From: Craspedostauros australis
Lineage: Eukaryota
Assembly: GCA_030167865.1 (NCBI GenBank)
Contig: JALAGF010006007.1
Location: 1-52,654 of the forward strand
DNA length: 52,654 nucleotides
Reading direction: 5' to 3'
This document shows positions 37,386 to 48,964 of this stretch, one piece after another. The notes beneath the pieces were generated by a model that ran no database searches, was not told the DNA's origin, and saw only the letters and a program-made list of their open reading frames with translations. The position numbers were made by a program, and so were the translations under genes. Numbering within the stretch: position 1 is the stretch's first letter; the number at the start of each line of letters is the position of its first letter.

Positions 37386-39185
37386 CTATTGCTGCTGGTC
37401 TCCGTGTCGAGTGGGAATGGCTGAGAGTGGGCGCAGTTGAATGTACTGGCCTGAATACTTCACAACCGCCACAATCGGAGCTCCAGATGATCTGTTGCAC
37501 CCTCCTGTGGTTGCCAGCAGATAGTTATCCGCGGTCTTCACAATTCGATCATCGTACATGTAGCCATTGCTGTCGCTGCCACAAGACGATCGGGACATGG
37601 AGAACTTCTCTTCAATTCTTCCAGATTCCATTGACCAATAGTTGACCACGTGCGCGGGATCAACAGACCATGAAACAAAACCAATGTCTCTGTCACCATC
37701 GGCTTGAGCGCAATCAACCACGCCACCGCTTTGACCTGCATTCTCACCGCCGCTTTGAGTTGGAGCATGGCTGTGACTCTGGCTGTGGCTATGACTGTGA
37801 CTCCCACGACCAACCACAAAGCTAATCTGCTCCCGCCATGTCCGCATGAAACCAACTCTGAGGGGGAAGTAGACTTGCGGGCTGCCGAACGTAGACTTGT
37901 CCTGCGATGGTCGGGCGATCATGGCTGCGTTTGGTTGCGTCGGGAAGATTATGACGGATCGGTTGTGATACACGGCGAGATACTTGCCACCATGGGAAAA
38001 TCCCAACAGCATAGACTGGTGTCCATCGCCACCCACATCGCATTCGGATTGCAAGACGAGGCCGGTTGCATCGTGAGTGGCGAATCGTAACGCTGTGATG
38101 CCATATCCTCGAGCCTCCTGACTTTCATCGTTTCCACTCGCAGAGTCGTTGCCATTCCCATTCTCATGTCCGACAGCATTCCCAACATCATCCCCTTCGT
38201 CGCCCACCAATCTAAATATCTTCAAACGATAATGCGGGTTGAGGTAGGTGAGAGTGGCCATCATGTTTGCGTCGGATGCCAGGATGGGACGTCTCACGCC
38301 CAATGGACACTGATACACCCGTTGAACTCGTCCATCCTCAACCCGAAACTTTGTGATGGTGTATGCTGTCATGAACACTCTGGCAGAACAAAACAGAAAT
38401 CGTCCATCACGGTCGAACGATAGCAGGTCGACATCGTGGTGATCGATGGGAATAGCATTGTGGACGATGCTCCACGTTCGGGTGTCCCGCAATCGAATGC
38501 TGGGCGCGGTATTCCTTGTCTGCGTGCACAGAACTGCCAGATGGAGATCATTCGGTGAGAACTGCAATCGCAGAACCGGCGAACGATGCGTGAGCGTGAC
38601 GAAGGCCCCTGTTGTCTTGCGCCATATCTTGACCCGTCCATGATCCGAAGCGCAAGCGAGATGGTCGCCGTTGTGGGAGAACTGGATGAAGAAGCACCCG
38701 TCCTTTATCCTGATTCCCCGTTCTGTGATCGTGGTTCCCAATGGATGCGTTGTCGGCCAGGACGTGCTTGGGTGTTCCTTTGCAACGGCATTGAATGCAG
38801 GTGATGCCAGCCTCAGCTGATCCCACGAATATCTGTCGCAGTAGCTGAGCACAACGGAGATGATATCGTGAGACCAAATCCATGGAAGGGGAATGCCCTC
38901 GTCCTTATCGCTATCCCCACTCTTTCCCTTGTTAATGGAATTGTCACGGTCCATTTGTTTGCACTCTGCGCAAATGGATGCCACAGAGACAGATGATGCG
39001 ACGCCGCTCGCGCCAGCTCCATTCTGTCCAACCGGAGACGTTGGTTTCATTGTCGCTGCTTCTCTAGCGCTGTTCATGTCGCTATCGATGCTGATGTCGC
39101 TATCGCTATCGATGTCGCTATCGTTATCGATGTCGCTATCGATGCCGATGTTCCCGCTGGTCTCAACGGATGGGAAACATGGCAT
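37386..39185 (-). CDS. F-box-like plus WD40-repeat protein
   Basis: 599-aa ORF. F-box-like segment LPWIWSHDIISVVLSYCDRYSWDQLRLAS. WD-like blades FSHNGDHLACASDHGRVKIW, FSPNDLHLAV, FDRDGRFLF and FSHGGKYLAV. The start could be one of several downstream ATGs. Confidence 0.75.
   Translation of the reverse strand: MPCFPSVETSGNIGIDSDIDNDSDIDSDSDISIDSDMNSAREAATMKPTSPVGQNGAGASGVASSVSVASICAECKQMDRDNSINKGKSGDSDKDEGIPLPWIWSHDIISVVLSYCDRYSWDQLRLASPAFNAVAKEHPSTSWPTTHPLGTTITERGIRIKDGCFFIQFSHNGDHLACASDHGRVKIWRKTTGAFVTLTHRSPVLRLQFSPNDLHLAVLCTQTRNTAPSIRLRDTRTWSIVHNAIPIDHHDVDLLSFDRDGRFLFCSARVFMTAYTITKFRVEDGRVQRVYQCPLGVRRPILASDANMMATLTYLNPHYRLKIFRLVGDEGDDVGNAVGHENGNGNDSASGNDESQEARGYGITALRFATHDATGLVLQSECDVGGDGHQSMLLGFSHGGKYLAVYHNRSVIIFPTQPNAAMIARPSQDKSTFGSPQVYFPLRVGFMRTWREQISFVVGRGSHSHSHSQSHSHAPTQSGGENAGQSGGVVDCAQADGDRDIGFVSWSVDPAHVVNYWSMESGRIEEKFSMSRSSCGSDSNGYMYDDRIVKTADNYLLATTGGCNRSSGAPIVAVVKYSGQYIQLRPLSAIPTRHGDQQQ
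39077..39150 (-). repeat. Imperfect tandem of 6-bp-based units (ATCGAT/AGCGAC) encoding a DSDI repeat at the F-box ORF N-terminus
   Basis: The translation reads IDSDIDNDSDIDSDSDISIDSD. Confidence 0.8.
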
Positions 39186-39514
39186 GTGAGGCGTTCCACA
39201 GACAAGACGATTGTGTCACCAATGTGTGCAGAGCGAGAATGGCAGAAGGATCCTGCTTTGTGGCAGTAGATTGGTATCTTTGCTCTCTGGCTTCTTTTTG
39301 GCGAACAAGACCGCAAGGCCATTTTGGGGTACATGGCATAATATATATTAACTCATAAACAATCCCATGCGCACGATCAACCACGAAACGGAAGACCCGT
39401 TTCTCCACGCCCCACGAGCTCGCGAGGTCGGGTGAATGGAACAGAGAGAGCAGCAGGTCCCAGCACACATGGCGAAAACCGAAGAAAGCGAAGAATCCTT
39501 ACAAACCGTGTTCT

Positions 39515-39715
39515 GTCCAATCAAAACGTAACGCGTCACGGTCTGTAAGAGGTTCACATTTGCGACAGCCAATCAAATCCAGATGCGAGATTCGCCTCAC
39601 TTTTTCGCCCATCCACCACCCACCACTTTCTCGACGCACTTCGCTCGTGCGATCTTAGGCGCCGTTTCAACATCTTCCCATTTCGCACCAAGGAGAATCA
39701 CCAACCCAATCAATC
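39515..39715. promoter_or_regulatory. Divergent promoter region (F-box/NTT) with three CCAATC boxes
   Basis: CCAATCA occurs at ~39517, ~39569 and ~39705 between two head-to-head genes. Function is inferred. Confidence 0.35.
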
Positions 39716-40137
39716 CCCAAACGCCGAGGCGAAATAGCGCCTGATGCCGTTCTTCTCTCTTGATCACAGCCACCCATCAGATGGCCAGCAGACATGTTGG
39801 GGGAGACACATCAATCACATCAACGGAGCCAATTGCACAGACACGGGTTCTTTGCGCAACAATCTCTCTCCGAAGAACGATGCAGCACCAACAGGTAGAG
39901 TGGTCGGAGCAGGTACTACTACTATGCATGGAAGTGGAGGCGACAGCAACAGTGACAACCGCAGCAACAACTGCAACGACAGCGACGATTGCCACAAACG
40001 CCATAATCTGCTGAAGCCTGAAGTCAGCAAGCCTCGCCATTGCTACCAACCAGCTGCCACCGACAGAACAATTCGCAAGCCAAACAACAACAGCAACAGG
40101 AGTAGACACAGCAACAACCACTGCGACAATTGGCACC

Positions 40138-42853
40138 ATGAGAATCTTCAGCAACAACCGATCATCGGCATCACGCGCCGGAATTATGATGGTAACGATG
40201 GTTCTGTTCCTGTCGGGCGGCGTCCTTCTATCCAATGTGAACGCATTCAGTCCGCAAGGCCACATCAGCAAGGCCAACACGCAACATGGAATAACTGCAC
40301 GCACACGCAGCATGCCTTCTCCATTTGCAACAACAGAATTTGCTCTCACGCCATCGCCCACCCACAAGACGCGCCTGAGCATGGCCGATGTCGCCTTGGA
40401 GCCGCAATCGTCAGGGGATGACAAGAAACAGAAGAAGGGATTTGTGGGACAAGTGAGTGCAACCACGCCGAGTGCCGTGTACTTGTAGAAACGCTCACAA
40501 AATGATGAAGAACTTCGATACTGTCGCTTGGGCTGCGTGCCTGCTCGCTCATCCATCGAACTGCATCGTTGCACTTGGCGCCAAATTTGACAGGTCACAT
40601 CCTCGATGACGAAAAGACTCACATTCGCAATCTTGTAATTCGCATTGCTTTCATGAACTCGTGCCAACCATCATGGTGAACAAATCCGCAAAATCCTACG
40701 ATACCGATTATACTCGTACCCACTTCCGTGCGAACAACTCACATTCGATGATGGGCCACCACCAACGTTACGTTATGCATGGCAGCTCCAAGGAATTGTG
40801 CCCAAGAGGGAGGAACGGCAGAAGCTGATTCCACTGGCGCTCATGTTCTTCAGCATCTTGTTCAGCTACACGATTCTGAGAGACACCAAGGACGTCCTCA
40901 TGGTGACGGCACCCAAGAGTGGAGCAGAAGTCATCCCGTTCATCAAGACCTACGTCAATTTACCAGCGGCGATCGGTTTCACCGGGATCTATGCCAACCT
41001 CTGCGACAGAATGGAACAAAAGAATGTGTTCTACGCTTGCGTCATTCCATTCCTTGCCTTCTTCGGCCTCTTTGCTACCGTCGTCTACCCCTTCCGCGGC
41101 GCTCTACATCCGCATGGATTGGTGGATGCCCTTGCTGCGAATCTTCCTGCCAACTTCGCCGCTCCGCTGGCCATCGTAAGGAACTGGTCGTTCGCGCTCT
41201 TCTACGTCATGGCAGAGATGTGGGGATCTGTCGTCCTTTCGCTTCTCTTCTGGGGCGTTGCTAACGAAGTGATGACCGTCGACGAGGCCAAGAAATATTG
41301 TAAGTGCGACTGTGGCTGCGAGAGCGACTGCCGCTTTTCAAGACCTGATCGTATCCACGCGTGCGTCTTGTGTGCGCAATCTGCTAACGCATACAGAAGT
41401 GACACTTACAATCGCCCGTACTGTTCCCACTCTTCCCATGATTCATGTGCTTGTGCAAACTAACTGACATGTGCAATACTCGTCTCTCTTTCTCTTCCTC
41501 CCCTCCCGTCTGTCTTTCCTTCTTTGTCCATTGCGCAGACCCACTCTTTGGGATGGGTGCCAACGTTGCCTTGATCTTCTCGGGTCAATACGTCCGATGG
41601 GTGTCACAGATGCGATCCACCCTTGCACCAGGAGTAGACGCATGGGCCGTCTCGCTGCGATATCTCATGGGTGCTGTCGTGGCCGGAGGTGGTGTCTTGA
41701 TCGGAACCTACAAGTACATGCAGGACAAGGTAGTGGCACCGATGCAGAAAAAGAAGGCACTTGTGGCTGCCGCGGCCCCGAAGCGCAAAAAGGAAAAGAT
41801 GACGTTGAAGGAGTCCGCCAAGTACCTGATGAGCAGCCCGTACATTCGCGACTTGGCCCTGCTGGTGATTTCGTACGGAATGTGCATCAACCTCGTGGAG
41901 GTGAGCTGGAAGGCGAAGCTGAAGCAGGCGTTTCCAAATCCAAACGAGTATTCTGCCTTCATGGGTAACTTTTCATCCGTCACAGGTGCCGTCACTTTGA
42001 TGATGATGATCATTGGCCGAACCATCTTTTCCAAGTACGGTTGGCGTGCTGGTGCTCTCGTGACTCCAACGGTAAGTGCGCTACTCTATCCTACTCCCGT
42101 GGTGTTCTTCATCGCTTTGACCGCACAACTCGGATTTCTCTATTTCTCTCTTTGTTGTGTGATGAATCAATGACGCAAGTCCACCATACGAGTGCGAGTG
42201 CGAATGCGAAATTGTGCGAGTGACTTGAATGCAAATTCCATGCATTTGGAAAAAGCCACAACTCACACGTGCATGACCATTCTGCCTCTTCTCACGTGAA
42301 ACATGCAACACCATGCATCCACAACAATCCCATCGTGCTGTTCTTTACGTCTTTGGCGTACTTTTTATTATAGATGATTGGGGTGACTGGTCTGTCATTC
42401 TTCTTCCTGAACATGTTCCAAGGCGCGCTGACGCCGCTGTCGGCGCTCCTGGGCACAACACCGCTGATGCTGGCGGTGTTGGTCGGAGCTGCACAGAACA
42501 TCATGAGCAAATCGAGCAAGTACAGCCTGTTCGACCCGTGCAAGGAGATGGCGTACATCCCGCTCGATCAAGAACAAAAGACCAAGGGCAAGGCAGCCAT
42601 CGATGTGATTGGCAATCCGCTCGGCAAGTCCGGCGGCGCATTGATCCAGCAAATCTTGATCTTTGGCGTCGGAAGCCTGGCCTCCGCAACACCGTACCTC
42701 GCGACGATCCTGATGGGTCTGGTGTTTGTTTGGTTCCGTGCAGCCAATTCATTGGCCGGTCAGTTCAATGTGGCCATGGAAGCCACCGATGCAGCAGCTG
42801 CTGCTGAAGCCGCCAACACAGAACCGGAGAAAGAGCCCGAATCACAGGGATGA
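40138..42853 (+). CDS. Plastid nucleotide transporter (NTT/TLC ATP/ADP antiporter family), four exons
   Basis: Exons 40138 (or 40186)-40452, 40786-41299, 41539-42071 and 42374-42853. Motifs YTILRDTKD, FYVMAEMWGSVV, YYPLFG, INLVEVSWK, SKYSLFDPCKEMAYIPLD and KGKAAIDVIGNPLGKSGG. Presequence ends ..SNVNA-F. Confidence 0.96.
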
Positions 42854-43566
42854 ACATGAAGTCCATTGACACACGGGAGGCCATCCCTACGTATAGCTCG
42901 TAAATGTACCACAGAACTCACAACACGGAACTTGTCGATACCATTGCAATAACACGTCTTGTTGACACATACAGGCGCCAGTGTAGATAGGATTCACATT
43001 CACTATTGATCGCATCTGCTGTTGCTCGTATTTATATTATTTTCATCCTCTCAGAGCAATAGTCGTACTCTTGCTGCGCTCTCTATCTTACGACTACATA
43101 CTGCTGCGTATCTCTGTGTGATTGATGATGTTCGTCTTGCAGCTTGGCTGCAGGTTCGGCAATTGCCGATTGCAGAAAATGGGAAAGCGCAATGGACACA
43201 CGCACACAGAACCACCAGAAGGAAAAGATACCCTCTTTCCAGGTGGCACTTGGTTGGTGAAGAACATGGATTTTCCGTTGGAAACGTTGAACTTGATTTG
43301 TGGAAAGTCTGTCCGTCCGCCACACGCATGAGAGATCAGACTTCAACTTGTGGGCCTGCAGCATCGTCAGACGCACCATGTGTGGAACAACACAGCCACA
43401 CTCGATTTCCCAACAACGCCAATCCTTCCTCAATCTCTCTTGTTTGCATCTGCCACCTCCCGAACAGTCTCTCCACAGATACGAGGCTACTCTTCATCCG
43501 CACCTGACGTCTGATAAAAGTCACAACAGCAAACACCGAAGATCCGTTCCACTTGGAAGAAGCAAG

Positions 43567-44758
43567 ATGAAGATCGCCCTTACCCTCGCCACCATCATGG
43601 CCGCCATGGCCGCCACCAATGTGGAAGGTTTCGCACCACGATCCATGGCCGTCACCTCCGCACGCGCCTCCGTTGTGCCAGTGACCATGTCCACGACGGC
43701 CGACGAGAGCGCCGCCACCGAGACTGAAGATGCAGAGATCCCAACCAACCTCCCAAGCGACTGTGGCATGGACTACGTCCCACTTGCCACCATGCTCGCC
43801 ACCGGGCAGCTGAAGGAAGCCGATCAGGTACGAAATGACGAAGGAATCAGATGGCCGAGTGCAGCCAGCAAGTCACAGACGAGCAAACAGACGAGCGGAT
43901 GAATGCTTTCGTCTTTCCTCGTTGATGGCGAACTGTGCATGCGTTCATGAGTACCATAATGCATTGGTTTCTCGGAGCGTCTCGCATTCTGATGTCTAGT
44001 GTTGAGGTGAAGAGTACCCTCGTTCTAGTTCTACCAGTTGCCATGGACGCACAAAACACAAGCCGCAAATGCAAATGCCCATCTTCGCCGGTTTTCTCAC
44101 AATCCTGCGCTTGTCTAAAATCCCCTCGCATTCGCAATTCCGCGACACTCCAATCTCGCAGTTCACACGTGACGCACTCATCGAGATCTCCGGCGCCAAA
44201 GCCAAGGGGCGCGACTTCGTGTACTTCACCGATGTCAAGAACATCCCAAACACCGATTTCGCCACAATTGAGCGCCTGTGGCAAAAGTTCTCGAAGGGCA
44301 AATTCGGATACTCTGTCCAGAAGGTACGTTCTGTTTGGAAAGCAGTTGTGCGCACTCACTGTTGCGCTGAGATCAGTTGTGTTCCATAATTGATTGCGTC
44401 TCGTTTTGTGAAAAGGGTGTCTGCTGTCGACAAACTCTTCAAGTCTCACCATTGTCATTTCATCGTGTGCACAATTTGCCCGTTGCGGCCACGTCCTCGA
44501 AAACAAATTCCGCAGAGAAAAATGAGACAGTCCAAGGATGACTTCGAGGTGTTCTGCAGAAAGATCGGCTGGACCACACAGGATGGAGACGTTGAGAGAA
44601 AGAAGCGTTGGTTCGGAGCCTCGGAATTCGTCTACGATGTCAAGAAGGCCAAGGAGGGACATTTGCCACTCACCAGCGCACTCAGAGGGACATCCTTGAT
44701 GGTCAACCTCCTCAAGCATCCAGTTTGGGACAACGAAGACTGGAAGAAGGAGCCATAA
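43567..44758 (+). CDS. GUN4: GUN4-like tetrapyrrole-binding protein, plastid-targeted, three exons
   Basis: Exons 43567-43827, 44162-44323 and 44516-44758. Motifs DYVPLATMLATGQLKEADQ|FT, TIERLWQKFSKGKFGYSVQK, KIGW and EGHLPLT. Presequence ends ..NVEG-FAP. Confidence 0.93.
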
Positions 44759-45146
44759 ATCAAGCAATCATTGATCTTGCACGCTGCCTTGAGCAGGAAA
44801 GTTCGGACTCATCCTTCGCAATCCAACAATTGGGATCATGTCATGATTCGCCGAACAGTCTGCTCGAACATGAACAAACCAAAGACACACAATGCAATGT
44901 AAAATAAAACCAATAAAACCAAAAAGGGCTTGTTCACGTTACGTTCTGGGTGAGATCATGACGGATGCATCGCCGCTGGTTGAGGGATGCGTGAAGGCAG
45001 AATGCGTCGATGTTGCCTCACCTGTCGTCGGAGGGGGACCAGTGCCCATGTCTTTCTTGGGTTCCAATAAAAAAGAAGGAAGCTCATTTCTGGCGCCTTC
45101 TTCGGCAAGGACAGCGCGGTCTCAAGCTTGTCTCATGCACAAAGTA

Positions 45147-45220
45147 TACTCGCGGTGGGGATCGAACCCACGACCTTGGGTTTATTAGACCCACGCTCTA
45201 ACCAGCTGAGCTACGCAAGC
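45147..45220 (-). tRNA. tRNA-Ile, anticodon AAT
   Basis: The reverse complement folds as a cloverleaf: GCTTGCG acceptor stem, D-arm AGCTCAGCTGGTTAGAGC, anticodon arm TGGGT-CTAATAA-ACCCA, T-loop GTTCGATCC and discriminator A. No intron. Confidence 0.96.
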
Positions 45221-45978
45221 AGGTGTTGCTGTTAGCTGCTGATGTGAGTGCAAACAAAGATTATTAAATTTGATTTGAAAACGACATCCACATTTTTCGG
45301 CTTTTCGCGGATTTTGATCTGTTGTTGCCGTTGATGTCCTCTGACTCGTCGCCATGTGACATTGAATGCACTGCCTGCTTCCAGGAGTGGGCGGAGAGAA
45401 GGTTCTTCGTATCGCTAAAGATGTGGGCGTTGATGAGAGCAGAGATGTGGAAAGTGCTGTCGATGTTGCTCTCTGTTCATCTGTTTCAGTGTGATGTCAC
45501 GGATTGGAATTTCATGAATTTCCTTCACGAGCATGTGCTAGCTTAGAGTATCGGATTGAGCGTTTCGGCATTGACCCTTCAAGTGTGCACTTGAACTACT
45601 CTGCAATACGTGTACTCCATGCAGTTGACGCGAGATGGATATTCACCCATCCTGCGATCAACTATAGGATCTGCGCGCGCGTCGGAATGGGCCACTGCAA
45701 CACACTCCTGATCGGAGCCATCACGAACCGTCTGACGTGCGCCGATCGCACAGCAATGGAAACAGAATAGAATAGTTGATGAAATTGTCGGTGATTCTCT
45801 ATTGTTGTTGGACACCATCTCTGTAGCATTGTATTGTACACGCAATGTGGTGTATTCCTATTTCTTCGTCATTGATTTGCTGCGCATCGCTGTAGATATG
45901 CACGCACAAGTGCATCCGCTGTTCCATGATCAAGGGGAGATCATCTTCGCAGGTCCATCGTGGCGATGTCGTGGCCCA

Positions 45979-47646
45979 TTACATCAACAGGCCCGGCTCC
46001 AACCGACCATCCTCTGCTGCTGTGCGGAGCTTCTCCAACGCCTTATGGCAGAGCTTGCGACCGTATTCAGCCGAAACGTGCATGTGCTTGCCAACCTCGT
46101 TGAACGTCATGGCTTCGCCCCACCGTCCTTTGGTTGGGATGGATGGTTGTCTCTGTTGCTGTTGCTGTTGCTGTGGCTTCTGTTTCTTTTTGAGCGGCAC
46201 GGGCTCCTGGATGCTGCCGAACAAATCGAGCTCTGCCTGTCGCAGGTACTCGTTGGCGTTGGCCCGCGCATCCATCATTGGCTTGGATTCTGTCTTGGCC
46301 ATTGCTTGCTGCAACACTGTTGCATCGGCTTCCACATCCATGTCCATGTCGACGCCCGACTGGTACAGTCCGTATCGCCAACTCAGAGCTTCCATCTCGC
46401 GCGGTCGCAGGAACTTGGAGAGCGCCTGACGCATGTGCTCGCGGTCGCTGTCGTCGATCTCGGCTGCACCATCGGAGGCCAGCAACGGCGTGTCCTGCAT
46501 GAGCTCCTTGCCCTGCTGCATCCAAGTTTCGAAGGCGACGTAGCCACCGGTGTAGCGACGATTGCGCGCCTTGAGGGCGTACGCAAGCTGCTTGTCCGAC
46601 AGACCCGCGGTTTCTGCGAGCATCTTTGCCGCCGTGGCTTGCTCCCACTTGTCCTGCGACGGTGCGCCACCAAGAGCGTGGCTGTCACCGTACAGATTGC
46701 CGATGCTGCTGATGCCGGTCTGGCTGACGTCAATTTCGACGCCCAAGACCTTTGCGGCCTTGTTGATCTGGCTGATGGCCCGCGTGACGTGGGTGGGGAC
46801 GCGGACGACGTCATCGCGTTCGGCGATGCATTGCAAGACGGCGGCCCTCACCCAGTACATAGCGTAGGTGGAGAACTTACCCCCGATCTCTGGATTCCAC
46901 CTATCAATGGCACGTGCCAGACCTATGGCACCTTCCTGGACCAGATCATCTCGCGAAAGCGAGTTGAGCTTGCCGACGCTACCGCCGTAGCTATTGCCGG
47001 TGTTGCGTTTGCCAGGTTGCGACTGCGATTGGAACGATTGCTTTCCGGCGATCTGGTTGACGACGTAGTGCACTAGCCCCATGTTTCTGGTGACCAAGGT
47101 GTCACGCGCGCACTGTCCATCGATCATGGCATCCTCGTACAGGTCAAGTTCATCGCCGTACCCGGATGCCTTGGCGCGGACCGAAAGGAGCGGCATGGAC
47201 TTTGATGGTGACTTGGATGCCAGGTCAGTCTCAATATTCTTGAGGCGTCTCATCTCAACCGCCTGTCGCAGGAGCTCCGATTCCTCTTCGGCAGTCAGAC
47301 GGGGCATCCTGGAGGGAGGAGAAGGCGCTGTTGCTGTCCTCCTGCCTCTGCGCGATTCCGTTCGAGTCAGAGTGGTAGCCGCAGTCATTGCAAGTGCCGA
47401 TGTTGGCCTTGGAAGTGCCTCATGCAAGGGGCGGCTGGTGAAGGCGTTTGCTGGTGCCATCGTAGATGCTGGCGTGAAGGCCGATGCCGATGTTGAGGCA
47501 GGTTGGGCCATTGAGAAGGCCTCGCATGGGGAGGTGGTCGTGCAGAGTGTGGTGCACATCATCGCCATTGCGACCCATGTCCTCCTTCTGTGGCGTCCTG
47601 CCTGTTGCCGTCGTTGTTGCTGCTGTTGCTGCTGTTGCTGCTTCAT
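45979..47646 (-). CDS. Nucleus-encoded plastid RNA polymerase sigma-70 factor
   Basis: Region 1.2-like LTAEEESEL, region 2 LVTRNMGLV..DLVQEGAIGLARAIDRWNP..KFSTYAMYWVR, VRVP, and region 4 MTFNEVG..KALEKLR. Presequence ends ..PCEA-F. Confidence 0.93.
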   Translation of the reverse strand: MKQQQQQQQQQRRQQAGRHRRRTWVAMAMMCTTLCTTTSPCEAFSMAQPASTSASAFTPASTMAPANAFTSRPLHEALPRPTSALAMTAATTLTRTESRRGRRTATAPSPPSRMPRLTAEEESELLRQAVEMRRLKNIETDLASKSPSKSMPLLSVRAKASGYGDELDLYEDAMIDGQCARDTLVTRNMGLVHYVVNQIAGKQSFQSQSQPGKRNTGNSYGGSVGKLNSLSRDDLVQEGAIGLARAIDRWNPEIGGKFSTYAMYWVRAAVLQCIAERDDVVRVPTHVTRAISQINKAAKVLGVEIDVSQTGISSIGNLYGDSHALGGAPSQDKWEQATAAKMLAETAGLSDKQLAYALKARNRRYTGGYVAFETWMQQGKELMQDTPLLASDGAAEIDDSDREHMRQALSKFLRPREMEALSWRYGLYQSGVDMDMDVEADATVLQQAMAKTESKPMMDARANANEYLRQAELDLFGSIQEPVPLKKKQKPQQQQQQQRQPSIPTKGRWGEAMTFNEVGKHMHVSAEYGRKLCHKALEKLRTAAEDGRLEPGLLM

Positions 47647-48268
47647 CGTGTCGTTGGACTCTGTCGTTGGGTGCTGTTTGTTGAGCGGTGAGTTTGTGAA
47701 TTGTTCGGCAGGTTGTTGGAATGCAGATGTGCGATTTTATGAAACCGTCCAGGTGGAGGATGATGCGAACCGGCAAACAAGAAGGATCGAAGCGACCTCG
47801 GTTGTTGGGGTGATGTATCTGGTCTTTGTGACCTGATTGAGGAGAGCAAGTGCGAGTGATGTGTCAGCACTGACTCCTTGTTGTGCTGATCTCTTTCCTT
47901 TTCGCACAAGAGGTGGCCAACCGTAACCGAGAGAGTTGAGTTGGTGTTGGGTTGGGCTGAGTTGTAATACGGAGTTGGTCTGTGTCAGATCGTATGGTGT
48001 GATGCGAAGATACAAGTGGCGACAAGAGTGGAATGGTCAAACAACACAGTCACCAGCATCACCAGCACCAACAACATCAACAACATCGTCATCGCGTGCG
48101 TGATGTTCGTCTGCGTTGTCCCTGTTTGTTGTTCGGGTGCCATCAGCGAGGTTGTGACTCTTCTGACGTCACAAAACTTCGTTTTTTGGAGCCGTTTCTG
48201 AGTCATTCTGATCGAGATGGCAGTCTATCCAGAAGAATATAGGCCAGGAAGTGAAAGAAGACAGAGAT

Positions 48269-48494
48269 GTGATGAATGTGTGGACATCATCAACCAAGAC
48301 CGACCCACGGTAGTCAAACCATCCCAAACCAAACAATGAGGATTATGGACATCATCAATCAAGAGCCATACAAAAGTGGCCACGGCATCGAAGGCGAAGC
48401 AATGAGGAGTCTGGACAGCATCAATCAAGACTGTTGATCTTGGGAGATTAGTGCGGAATTCGATTTGCATGAGGCTGTGGTCGTCACAACAGCA
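48269..48494. repeat. Array of ~31-bp imperfect direct repeats separated by dissimilar 34-37-bp spacers (period ~65-68 bp)
   Basis: The core TGGACA(T/G)CATCAA(C/T)CAAGA is at 48281, 48346 and 48412, with a degenerate fourth copy at ~48468-48494. Confidence 0.7.
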
Positions 48495-48964
48495 TCCAAT
48501 TTAGTGCGTCCCTTTATTCTGTGAACACTAGTTACATTTGAAACGTTGAACAATTAATACCAAAATAACAATTACAACTTACCTTACGAATACGGACATA
48601 GACGGACAACCAAATATGGTACAAAATTGACATCATATACAATTACCCCGCGACTCTTGTTTCAATTATATTAAATATTGCGTATTTACCGCATGTATCA
48701 AAACCAACAGAATCCAATCCATGATGGCAAACACAACTCCACTTCCTCCGCGTTGCCAACCAACCATCACCCTGGTGCTGTCTGTTCACCAAGGATGTAT
48801 CATAATACGTACCATACTTGCATCGCAATCATAACCACCACCATTGACGTCAGCACTCAACTTACTAAATATTGCGGCCTCCCCGAAACAAGGTTCAGCC
48901 GTACTCGCAGCCATCGAGCCAACACAAGACAAGGACGAGGACCATGTTGCACACAAGCACGAGT

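Noticed and set aside
45802..47076. 424-aa ORF antisense to the sigma factor
   Set aside because: It is a typical antisense shadow ORF of a GC-rich coding strand.
45979..47646. Intronless sigma-70 gene as a sign of bacterial contamination or recent HGT
   Set aside because: It carries a eukaryotic bipartite plastid presequence and polyQ tracts, and nucleus-encoded plastid sigma factors are standard in algae.
48269..48494. Formal CRISPR call for the repeat-spacer array
   Set aside because: There are only three or four imperfect repeats, no cas genes, and the host is eukaryotic. It is kept as an unexplained array under findings.
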